Under the pieces are notes generated by a model. That model was not told the DNA's origin and made no database searches. It worked only from the letters and a program-made list of their open reading frames with translations. A program made the position numbers and the translations under genes. Below, piece after piece: positions 37,031 through 45,582 of a stretch of 64,000 bases of DNA; the first letter of the stretch is position 1; each line of letters opens with the position of its first letter. Origin of the DNA: Geopsychrobacteraceae bacterium (lineage in GTDB: Bacteria; Desulfobacterota; Desulfuromonadia; Desulfuromonadales; Geopsychrobacteraceae); assembly GCA_963676795.2 (NCBI GenBank), contig CAXXTB010000002.1:1472001-1536000 (forward strand), in the 5' to 3' direction.

Positions 37031-37173
37031 AGTTGCCAGATTGGAAACGAGAAATTTTTCGTTGTGGTTAGGAAATCAAGAACTTGTGCGGAGACGTAGT
37101 CCTTTACGTCGCACAAGCAAGTCCGCAGATTGACGCCGCCACAGCGGAAAAGGGCCGTTTCCGTATGAAAACT
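37031..37173. repeat. 143-bp structured repeat / MITE-like element, copy 2
   Basis: Same length as and colinear with 12798-12940. Confidence 0.88.
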
Positions 37174-37407
37174 AAATATCTGCATTTGGTAATGAATGGC
37201 TGCCTTTTATCTTGAGTTAATTAATTAACTCTGCTAGGGTCCACTAATAAGTTTTCTGTTATATATCAGGCTGCTGGAAAACTATCTGCGTTGCAATTGC
37301 GGCGTTGATAACTTTGCCAACATTCTGAAGGCGCTTAGTTCGCAATCTAAATGTGAAGTTAATTGTTATCGAAATTTTGGGTAATTGCATTTTGAAGGAG
37401 ACTGCGA

Positions 37408-38079
37408 ATGCGTATTCTGGTTGTTGAAGATGAGAAAAAAGTTGCCAGCTTCATTGAGCGTGGCCTGACCGAAGAAGGGTTTGAGGTCGAGGTCGCCTAT
37501 GATGGTGAAGAGGGTGTCGCCAAGGCTGAAAGCAGCACGTTTGATCTGATCCTGATGGATGTCATGCTGCCGAAAATGGATGGCATTGCCGCTATCAGGG
37601 AAATTCGTGAAAAACAGCTTAAGACCCCTGTCCTTTGTCTGACTGCGCGTGACACTGTTGATGACAAAGTCGCTGGTCTGAATATCGGTGCCGATGATTA
37701 CCTGGCCAAGCCATTCGCTTTTGCTGAACTGGTGGCCCGGTGTCGTGCTCTGATCCGCCGTGGTTCGACTGATCGTGGTGCGGAAATCTATTTCGCCGAT
37801 CTGAAACTGGATCCGGTTGCCCACAAGGTCTGGCGCAGTGATCAGGAGATCGAACTGACGACCAAGGAATATGCCTTGATGGAATATTTCATGCGTAATC
37901 CGAACAAGGTCCTGACCCGGGCGATGATCGCGGAAAATGTCTGGGACTACAACTTCGATTCCTTTACCAATATCATCGATGTTTACGTCAACTACCTGCG
38001 TAACAAGATCGATCGCAACTTTGAAAAGAAGTTGATCCATACCGTTCGTGGCGCAGGTTACATGCTTAAAGAAGATTAA
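37408..38079 (+). CDS. OmpR-family response regulator (CusR/CzcR-like)
   Basis: MRILVVEDE, DVMLP, GADDYLAKPF, IHTVRGAGY. Confidence 0.93.
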   Translation: MRILVVEDEKKVASFIERGLTEEGFEVEVAYDGEEGVAKAESSTFDLILMDVMLPKMDGIAAIREIREKQLKTPVLCLTARDTVDDKVAGLNIGADDYLAKPFAFAELVARCRALIRRGSTDRGAEIYFADLKLDPVAHKVWRSDQEIELTTKEYALMEYFMRNPNKVLTRAMIAENVWDYNFDSFTNIIDVYVNYLRNKIDRNFEKKLIHTVRGAGYMLKED

Positions 38080-38110
38080 TTGTATCACTAGGAAAAAACT
38101 TATTAATATC

Positions 38111-38146
38111 AGGCAGATTTAACGTAAAGTTAAATCTGCCTTTTTT
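38111..38146 (+). terminator. Rho-independent terminator
   Basis: AGGCAGATTTAAC-GTAAA-GTTAAATCTGCCT followed by a T-tract. Confidence 0.85.
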
Positions 38147-38169
38147 GTAAATTATTCCACGGAGCCAAT

Positions 38170-39588
38170 ATGATTTTGCCAGTCATTCTTTCAGGTGGAG
38201 CTGGAACGAGGCTTTGGCCTTTATCGCGCGAACTCTATCCGAAGCAGTTGCTGCCGCTTGCTTCCAAACAGACAATGATTCAGGAGACTGTCATGCGTCT
38301 GCATGGGATAGCTGATCTCGGTCAACCTGTGCTTGTCTGTAACGAAGCTCATCGGTTTATGGTGGCTGAACAGATGCGTCAGATGGCTGTGTCGCCTGAA
38401 GCCATTATCCTTGAACCCTGTGGCCGGAATACTGCACCGGCGGTTGCCATTGCGGCCCTGTATGCACTTCAGAATGATCTTGATCCGCTGCTGCTGGTAT
38501 TGCCTGCAGACCACCTGATCAAAGATACTGAAAATTTTCAGACGGCTGTTGCTGCGGCAGTTGCTGCTGCTGAAGCCGGGCAACTGGTCACATTCGGCAT
38601 CGTTCCTGACCGACCGGAAACGGGGTATGGTTATATCCGGGCCGACAAGGGCAGTGTCTCGTCTGCTCTCTATCCGGTTGCCGAGTTTGTCGAAAAGCCG
38701 GATCTGGTTACGGCTGAATCTTATCTGAAAAGTGGTGACTATTTCTGGAATAGCGGGATGTTCATGTTCAGGGCCAGTCGCTACCTTGAGGAACTGAAAG
38801 CCTTCCGGCCTGACATCGTTGAGGCTTGCGAGCGGACCTTTGAATCTTTGGCGTCTGACCTCGACTTTTTGCGGCTTGATAAGGACCTTTTCCAGACCTG
38901 CCCCTCAGATTCGATCGATTATGCCGTTATGGAGAAAACGGCTGATGCTGTAGTCTATCCTCTTGATGCGGGATGGAATGATATCGGGGCCTGGTCGGCG
39001 CTGTGGGATGTGAAGGGAAAAGACGCTGCAGGAAATGTCATTCAGGGGGATGTGCTGCTGGAAAATACAGCCGATTGCTATCTGCATGCGACCAAGCGCA
39101 TGATTGCTGCTGTCGGCCTGAGGGATCTGGTCGTTGTTGAAACCGCCGATGCCGTCCTCGTTGCCGATCGCAACCAGGTGCAGGACGTCAAGAAGATCGT
39201 CGAGCAGCTCAAAAAGCAGGAGCGTGGCGAAGCGTTGCTGCATAGCCGGGTCAATCGCCCCTGGGGAACCTACGAAGGAATCGATGCGGGTGATCGCTTT
39301 CAGGTCAAGCGGATCTGCGTCAATCCCGGAGCCAGCCTGTCCTTGCAGAAGCATCATCACCGGGCAGAGCACTGGATTGTTGTGCGGGGCACCGCGAAGG
39401 TCACCTGCGGAGAAAAGACCTTGCTCCTGGCGGAGAACCAGTCGACTTATATCCCGCTCGGCGAAGTGCATCGGCTGGAAAATCCGGGGAAAATCATGCT
39501 CGAAATGATCGAGGTTCAGTCAGGGAGTTACCTTGGTGAGGATGATATCGTTCGCTTTGATGATGTTTACGGGCGTGAACCGAAGTAA
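38170..39588 (+). CDS. manC: Mannose-1-phosphate guanylyltransferase/mannose-6-phosphate isomerase
   Basis: [29 protein letters not shown]-terminal cupin [12 protein letters not shown]. Confidence 0.96.
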   Translation: MILPVILSGGAGTRLWPLSRELYPKQLLPLASKQTMIQETVMRLHGIADLGQPVLVCNEAHRFMVAEQMRQMAVSPEAIILEPCGRNTAPAVAIAALYALQNDLDPLLLVLPADHLIKDTENFQTAVAAAVAAAEAGQLVTFGIVPDRPETGYGYIRADKGSVSSALYPVAEFVEKPDLVTAESYLKSGDYFWNSGMFMFRASRYLEELKAFRPDIVEACERTFESLASDLDFLRLDKDLFQTCPSDSIDYAVMEKTADAVVYPLDAGWNDIGAWSALWDVKGKDAAGNVIQGDVLLENTADCYLHATKRMIAAVGLRDLVVVETADAVLVADRNQVQDVKKIVEQLKKQERGEALLHSRVNRPWGTYEGIDAGDRFQVKRICVNPGASLSLQKHHHRAEHWIVVRGTAKVTCGEKTLLLAENQSTYIPLGEVHRLENPGKIMLEMIEVQSGSYLGEDDIVRFDDVYGREPK

Positions 39589-39598
39589 ACCTTTTGTT

Positions 39599-39870
39599 GT
39601 CCACGGAAAACACAGAAGACACGGAAATTAAGACTAAAATCTCTTCGTACAGAGATCCAGTGATCGCAGAAAAAAGCCTTAATCGAAATCATTATTTTCT
39701 TAAGTCACCAGTTTTTTTATCTGCCTTTGTCTGTGTGCGTCTGTGGCAAAAAACAGATTAAGGTTCTCTTCATGTCTTGTCGGCTTGAGAGAGCGCAGCG
39801 AACGGGCGTGAGGCTGGTTTCTGGCGTGTCTGTTTGTGGTTATTTCGAGATTTTCGTGCCTTTCGTGGAC
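39599..39870. repeat. Modular hairpin-arm spacer G between manC and manB
   Basis: 39599-39647 matches 31591-31639 (2 differences in 49 bp); GTCTGTGGC arm, epsilon close ending 39812, beta close ~39843-39870. Confidence 0.88.
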
Positions 39871-39906
39871 GATTGCTTTTAGCTTTTTTATATACATGAG
39901 GGACAT

Positions 39907-41259
39907 ATGAAGATTACTTGTTTCAAGGCCTATGACATCCGCGGTCGCTTGCCGGACCAGTTGAATGAGGAGATTGCCTGGCGGATCGGCCGGGCTTACG
40001 CGCAGGAACTGTCTCCTGAAAAAGTCGCTGTCGGGCGGGATGTCCGGCTGTCCAGTGAATCCCTTGCGGCTGCTCTGATGAAAGGTCTGACCGAGGGCGG
40101 TGCCGATGTTCTGGACATTGGCATGTGCGGGACTGAAGAGGTTTACCACGCGACCTTCAGTCAGCAGCTCGATGGCGGGATCATGGTTACGGCCAGCCAT
40201 AATCCGATCGATTACAACGGTATGAAGCTTGTCCGTGAGGGGGCAAGGCCGATCAGCGGCGATTCCGGCCTGGGGCGTATTCAGGAACTGGCTGAAGCGG
40301 GTGATTTTAATGATGCGGCACAGTGCGGGAATATTGAGCAATGTTCAATTCGAAGTGAATATATTCAGCATCTGCTGGGTTATGTCGAGATAGACAAGCT
40401 TAAGCCCCTGAAGGTTGTTGTCAATGCCGGTAACGGATGTGCCGGCCCGGTCATTGATGCCCTGGAAGAGTTTCTGCCGGTCGAATTCATCCGCATCTGT
40501 CATGAGCCTGACGGCACATTTCCCAATGGCATCCCCAATCCGCTGCTGCCGGAAAACCGTTCATTGACCCGCGATGCTGTGCTGGAAAACAATGCTGATC
40601 TGGGCATCGCCTGGGATGGCGATTTTGACCGTTGCTTTCTCTTCGATGAAAAAGGCGGATTTATTGAGGGCTATTATATTGTCGGCTTGCTTGCCAGGGC
40701 TTTTCTGGCCGTACAGCCGGGTGAGAAGATCATCCACGATCCGCGTTTGTCCTGGAATACGGTAGATGTTGTTGAGAGCTCAGGCGGCATTCCCGTTCAA
40801 AGTAAAACCGGGCATGCCTTTATCAAGGAGCGAATGCGCGCCGAGAATGCAATCTACGGTGGTGAGATGAGCGCCCACCATTATTTCCGTGATTTTGCCT
40901 ACTGCGACAGTGGCATGATCCCCTGGCTCAAGGTTGTCGAATTGATGTCGGTTGATGGGAAGCCGTTATCTGCGCTGGTCGATGAAATGATGGCGGCCTA
41001 TCCGGCCAGTGGTGAGATCAACAGGACAGTCAAAGATTCGTCGGTTGTGCTGGCGGAGGTACAGAAACGTTACCAGTCTGAATCGATTGGAATAGATTTT
41101 ACCGACGGTTTGAGTCTCGACATGGGACAGTGGCGTTTCAATCTGCGTCAGTCAAACACCGAACCGGTCATTCGCCTGAATGTCGAATCTCGTGGGGATC
41201 AGTCATTGATGGAGGGTAAGACGGCGGAGCTGCTGGCGTTTATTGATTCTTTGGGGTGA
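39907..41259 (+). CDS. manB: Phosphomannomutase
   Basis: [31 protein letters not shown]. Confidence 0.95.
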   Translation: MKITCFKAYDIRGRLPDQLNEEIAWRIGRAYAQELSPEKVAVGRDVRLSSESLAAALMKGLTEGGADVLDIGMCGTEEVYHATFSQQLDGGIMVTASHNPIDYNGMKLVREGARPISGDSGLGRIQELAEAGDFNDAAQCGNIEQCSIRSEYIQHLLGYVEIDKLKPLKVVVNAGNGCAGPVIDALEEFLPVEFIRICHEPDGTFPNGIPNPLLPENRSLTRDAVLENNADLGIAWDGDFDRCFLFDEKGGFIEGYYIVGLLARAFLAVQPGEKIIHDPRLSWNTVDVVESSGGIPVQSKTGHAFIKERMRAENAIYGGEMSAHHYFRDFAYCDSGMIPWLKVVELMSVDGKPLSALVDEMMAAYPASGEINRTVKDSSVVLAEVQKRYQSESIGIDFTDGLSLDMGQWRFNLRQSNTEPVIRLNVESRGDQSLMEGKTAELLAFIDSLG

Positions 41260-41268
41260 GTTCTTTTT

Positions 41269-41509
41269 GTCCACGAAAGACACGAAAAGCCCGAAAATTT
41301 GTAGCAAAATCTATTTCGCACAAAGACACAGGGAAGACAACTAACCGGATACCTCTACATTTGATGGGATTAGTATTTTAAGTCTGTTTTTGTCAGTGTG
41401 TGTCTGTGGCAAATATCAGGTTCCAGGTTGTCCTTTGTGTCTTGAACGAGCGCAGCGAGAGGGCGCGAGGCTGTAGATTTTTTTCGATATTTTCGTGTCT
41501 TTCGTGGAC
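41269..41509. repeat. Modular hairpin-arm spacer H: beta(epsilon...epsilon')beta'
   Basis: Perfect 20-bp IR GTCCACGAAAGACACGAAAA (41269-41288) / TTTTCGTGTCTTTCGTGGAC (41490-41509). Confidence 0.93.
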
Positions 41510-41518
41510 ATCGGAATG

Positions 41519-41547
41519 AAAAAGGCTCCCGAGTTGGGAGCCTTTTT
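41519..41547. terminator. Bidirectional Rho-independent terminator between convergent manB and tpiA
   Basis: AAAAAGGCTCCC-GAGTT-GGGAGCCTTTTT. Confidence 0.9.
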
Positions 41548-41558
41548 GTTATTCGGAG

Positions 41559-42311
41559 CTACTGGAATTTAACAATTCGGATGAAATCCTCAGCCTTGAG
41601 GCTGGCACCTCCAACCAGAGCGCCGTCGATATCATCCATCGCCATCAGGCCGTCGACGTTGCTCGGTTTGACGCTGCCGCCGTAGAGGATTCTTGTCGCT
41701 GCGGCGATCTCCGGGGAGTATAGTCCCTGGATCAGGCCGCGCACGAAGGAATGGGCTTCCTGGGCCTGTTCGTCGCTTGCGGTTACGCCTGTGCCGATAG
41801 CCCAGACCGGTTCGTAGGCGATGATGACCCTGTTCATCAGATCCGGGCTGATATCTTTGAGTCCACCAGTGACCTGGTTGGTCAGGACATCAAGCATCTG
41901 TCCCGATTCGCGCTCTTCGAGGGTTTCGCCGATACAGAGAATGACCTGAAGGCTTGATTCGAGAGCCTTGTGGACCTTCTGATTGATGAACTCGTCCGAT
42001 TCCGCCAAAAGCTGTCTGCGTTCAGAATGTCCGAGAATCACATAGTTGCAGCCGCAGTCTTCAAGCATCTCCGGAGATATCTCACCGGTGAAGGCGCCGC
42101 TGCCGCTCGGGTAGCAATTCTGGGCTGCGAGCCCGATGTTGCTGGATTTGACAATCTCGGCAACGGAGGAAAGGGCTGTGAAAACAGGAGCGATAATGAT
42201 CTCGCGATCGGTCACGTCCTTCAGGCCGTCGACCAGTTCCTGAGCCAGTTGTCTGGCTTCGCCAAGTTTTTTATTCAGTTTCCAGTTGCCGGCAATGACT
42301 GGTTTGCGCAT
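41559..42311 (-). CDS. tpiA: Triosephosphate isomerase
   Basis: [34 protein letters not shown]. Confidence 0.98.
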   Translation of the reverse strand: MRKPVIAGNWKLNKKLGEARQLAQELVDGLKDVTDREIIIAPVFTALSSVAEIVKSSNIGLAAQNCYPSGSGAFTGEISPEMLEDCGCNYVILGHSERRQLLAESDEFINQKVHKALESSLQVILCIGETLEERESGQMLDVLTNQVTGGLKDISPDLMNRVIIAYEPVWAIGTGVTASDEQAQEAHSFVRGLIQGLYSPEIAAATRILYGGSVKPSNVDGLMAMDDIDGALVGGASLKAEDFIRIVKFQ

Positions 42312-42321
42312 TGCTTCTCCT

Positions 42322-43512
42322 TTATTTATCGTTCAGGGCGACAACGCCCGGCAGTGCTTTACCTTCAAGGAATTCCAGGGAGGCACCGCCGCCGGTCGAG
42401 ATGTGGGTCATCTTGTCCTGCAGGTTCGACTTGTTGACAGCGGCGACAGAGTCACCGCCGCCGATGATCGACAGACAATCGGTTTCCGCCAGCGCTTCAG
42501 CAATGGCGAAGGTTCCCTTGGCAAAGGCATCGAATTCGAAGACGCCCATCGGACCGTTCCAGAGTACGGTCTTCGCCGCTCTGATCTTGTCCTGATAGGT
42601 TTTGATCGACTCAGGGCCGATATCAAGGCCCATCCCTGTTGCCGGGAACGAACCGTTGATGGCGATCAGGGCAGGGCTGTCTGCGGCAAAGGTTTCCGCG
42701 ACGTTGTGATCAGATGGGAGCAGGAACTCAACCCCTTTAGCCTTGGCCTTTTCGAGCAGGTCTCTGGCCATAGCCAGGCGGTCTTCCTCAACCAGTGATT
42801 TGCCGATCTCGAACCCTTGGGCCTTGAGGAAGGTGTAGGCCATGCCGCCGCCGATCAGGATGGTATCGACCTTTTCGAGCAGGCTTTCAATGACCAGGAT
42901 TTTGTCGCTGACCTTGGCCCCGCCGATGATGGCGATGAATGGCCGCTGTGGGCTGGCCAGTGCGCTACCGAGATACTGCAGTTCCTTCTGCATCAGGAAA
43001 CCGGCGACAGCCGGTTTGAGCAGGCGCGCAACCCCTTCGGTCGACGAATGGGCGCGGTGAGCAGTACCGAAGGCATCGTTGACGTAAACTTCAGCCAGTG
43101 CAGCAAGCTGCTTGGCAAACGCCGGATCGTTGTCGGTTTCCCCCTTGTGAAATCGGACGTTTTCGAGCAGGAGAACCTCGCCATCTTTCAATGCCGCGGC
43201 TTGAGCGGTAACCGCTTCACCGATACAGTCATCGGCCATGCTGACCGACTGGTCCAGCAGTTTGCCAAGGTGTTCGGCGACCGGCTTAAGGCTGTAGGCC
43301 GGATCCGGCGCACCTTTCGGACGTCCCAGGTGGGAGGCGAGGATCAGGCGTGCGCCCTGACCGAGCAGATGGCGAATAGTCGGCAGGGCGGCCTGGATAC
43401 GCGTATCGTCGGTGATCATGCCATCGGCGTTGATCGGGACGTTGAAATCGACACGGCAGAAAACGCGCTTGCCGCTGACACTGATGTCTTCAATAGTTAG
43501 CTTGTTGAACAT
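42322..43512 (-). CDS. pgk: Phosphoglycerate kinase
   Basis: [32 protein letters not shown]. Confidence 0.98.
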   Translation of the reverse strand: MFNKLTIEDISVSGKRVFCRVDFNVPINADGMITDDTRIQAALPTIRHLLGQGARLILASHLGRPKGAPDPAYSLKPVAEHLGKLLDQSVSMADDCIGEAVTAQAAALKDGEVLLLENVRFHKGETDNDPAFAKQLAALAEVYVNDAFGTAHRAHSSTEGVARLLKPAVAGFLMQKELQYLGSALASPQRPFIAIIGGAKVSDKILVIESLLEKVDTILIGGGMAYTFLKAQGFEIGKSLVEEDRLAMARDLLEKAKAKGVEFLLPSDHNVAETFAADSPALIAINGSFPATGMGLDIGPESIKTYQDKIRAAKTVLWNGPMGVFEFDAFAKGTFAIAEALAETDCLSIIGGGDSVAAVNKSNLQDKMTHISTGGGASLEFLEGKALPGVVALNDK

Positions 43513-43530
43513 GTACTTGAGCTCCGTTGC

Positions 43531-44532
43531 TTACTTGCCGGCGATATAGCAGGCCAGGTCAAAGACGCGGTTGGAATAACCCCATTCGTTGTCGTACCAG
43601 GAGAGAACCTTGACCATGTTGCCGCCGATGACGTTGGTGCTGTCGGCGTCGAGGGTCGATGAAGCTGGTGAGCCGTTGAAGTCCCTGGAGACCAGCAACA
43701 GTTCGGTGTAGTCGAGAACCCCTTTGAGGGTGGTTTCAGAGGCCTTCTTCATGGCGGCGTTGACCTCTTCGATACTGGTTGGTTTTTCTGTTTCGACGAC
43801 CAGGTCGACCAGCGAGACGTTCGGGGTCGGGACGCGGATCGCCATGCCGTCCAGTTTGCCTTTGAGCTCCGGAATGACCAGTGACATCGCCTTTGCCGCA
43901 CCGGTGGTGGTCGGGATCATCGAGACCGCGGCAGCACGGGCGCGGCGCAGATCCTTGTGCGGCAGGTCAAGTATGCGCTGATCGTTGGTATAGGAGTGGA
44001 TCGTGGTCATCATACCGCGGACGATACCGAACTCTTCAAGGAGGACCTTGGCGACCGGGGCCAGGCAGTTGGTGGTACAGGAAGCGTTGGAGATAATCTG
44101 ATGTTTGGCAGGATCGTAGTCTTTATTGTTGATACCCATGCAGATGGTGATGTCGGCATTTTTGCCCGGGGCACTGATGATGACGCGCTTGGCACCGGCT
44201 TCAAGATGGATGGCGGCCTTGTCGCGGTCGGTGAAGATGCCGGTCGACTCGATGACGATATCGATGCCGAGATCTTTCCAGGGGAGCTGAGCCGGGTCGC
44301 GCTGGGCAAAAATCTTGACGGCTTTGCCGTTGATGATCAGGTCATCGCCCTTGACTTCGACATCGCCGGGGAAAATGCCGTGAACAGAATCATACTTGAA
44401 GAGGTGTCCCAGTGTTTCAACGTCGGTCAGGTCGTTGATGGCAACAACTTCGATTTCCGATGATTGACTTGCTACGCGCATTACATTGCGGCCGATGCGG
44501 CCGAATCCATTGATAGCGATTCTGGTAGACAT
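43531..44532 (-). CDS. gap: Type I glyceraldehyde-3-phosphate dehydrogenase
   Basis: [25 protein letters not shown]. Confidence 0.98.
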   Translation of the reverse strand: MSTRIAINGFGRIGRNVMRVASQSSEIEVVAINDLTDVETLGHLFKYDSVHGIFPGDVEVKGDDLIINGKAVKIFAQRDPAQLPWKDLGIDIVIESTGIFTDRDKAAIHLEAGAKRVIISAPGKNADITICMGINNKDYDPAKHQIISNASCTTNCLAPVAKVLLEEFGIVRGMMTTIHSYTNDQRILDLPHKDLRRARAAAVSMIPTTTGAAKAMSLVIPELKGKLDGMAIRVPTPNVSLVDLVVETEKPTSIEEVNAAMKKASETTLKGVLDYTELLLVSRDFNGSPASSTLDADSTNVIGGNMVKVLSWYDNEWGYSNRVFDLACYIAGK

Positions 44533-44769
44533 TGATTTCCTCCTGAGTCTGCAATTTTAGAAGTGATTTTTTCAGGCTCTTCGCCCGTGTTCATCTGAAC
44601 ATTATAACCTCATTTGCCAGCGATTCGCAGGGTACATTAAAAAGATTGTTTTGCAAAACTATTTTCCCCCGACTAAGTAGCCATTTCTCTTGCGGTTTTT
44701 GTACTTGCAGCAGGGGCGGATTTTAGGTATAAGGTCATCGCTCATCGGGGATGAAAGGATCAGTTCCAA

Positions 44770-45576
44770 GTGCGGGTATGTTTACTGGCCAGCGGCAGTC
44801 GGGGAAATAGCGCGGTTATTGAAGCGGATGGACAGCGCGTTCTGATCGATGCTGGTCTTTCGGCCATTGAAGTTCACCGTCGTCTGCAGTCTATCGACAT
44901 GTCGGCCGAGCAGCTGGATGCGATTCTGGTCACCCACGAGCATCACGATCATGTCGGCGGAATAGGGCCACTGGCACGCCGCTATCAGCTTCCTGTCTAT
45001 ATCGATCACAAGACCCACACGGCACTGCCGAAGTTGGGTCGAATTGAGGATCTTCGTCTGTTTTCCGCCGGAGATTCTTTTCATTTTCAGGACCTGAAAA
45101 TTTCATCTTTTTCCACAACGCATGACGCTGTTAATCCTGTCGGGTATTCTATAGAATCAGCCGAAGGAAAAATTGGCTTCGCAACAGATCTGGGGATGCC
45201 GACACGGTTGGTGACAGAACATCTGAAACAGTGTAGGGTGCTGGTGCTGGAAGCGAATCATGATGAGCAGATGCTGCAGGACGGGCCATATCCCTGGGAG
45301 CTGAAACAGCGCATCCGCGGGCGGCATGGACATCTGTCCAACAACGATACCCGGCGGATGCTGGAAGAGCTCTGCTGGCCCGGGCTCGATGCCCTGTTCC
45401 TGGCCCATTTGAGCGAAGAAAACAACTGTCCTGAACTGGCTGGCAGGGTTTTTCGGGAAACCCTCGATGCTTTCGGATTTAACACGACTATCGTGGTCGG
45501 TCGTCAGGCTGAAGCGAGCCATTGCTTTCAGTCCGATATGCCATCGGCCTGTTCACTATCACAAACTCTGGAGTAA
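44770..45576 (+). CDS. MBL-fold metallo-hydrolase (YycJ/WalJ-like)
   Basis: LASGSRGN, THEHHDH, HDA, EANHD, GHLSN, LAHLSEENN. Confidence 0.88.
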   Translation: MRVCLLASGSRGNSAVIEADGQRVLIDAGLSAIEVHRRLQSIDMSAEQLDAILVTHEHHDHVGGIGPLARRYQLPVYIDHKTHTALPKLGRIEDLRLFSAGDSFHFQDLKISSFSTTHDAVNPVGYSIESAEGKIGFATDLGMPTRLVTEHLKQCRVLVLEANHDEQMLQDGPYPWELKQRIRGRHGHLSNNDTRRMLEELCWPGLDALFLAHLSEENNCPELAGRVFRETLDAFGFNTTIVVGRQAEASHCFQSDMPSACSLSQTLE

Positions 45577-45582
45577 AAGACT

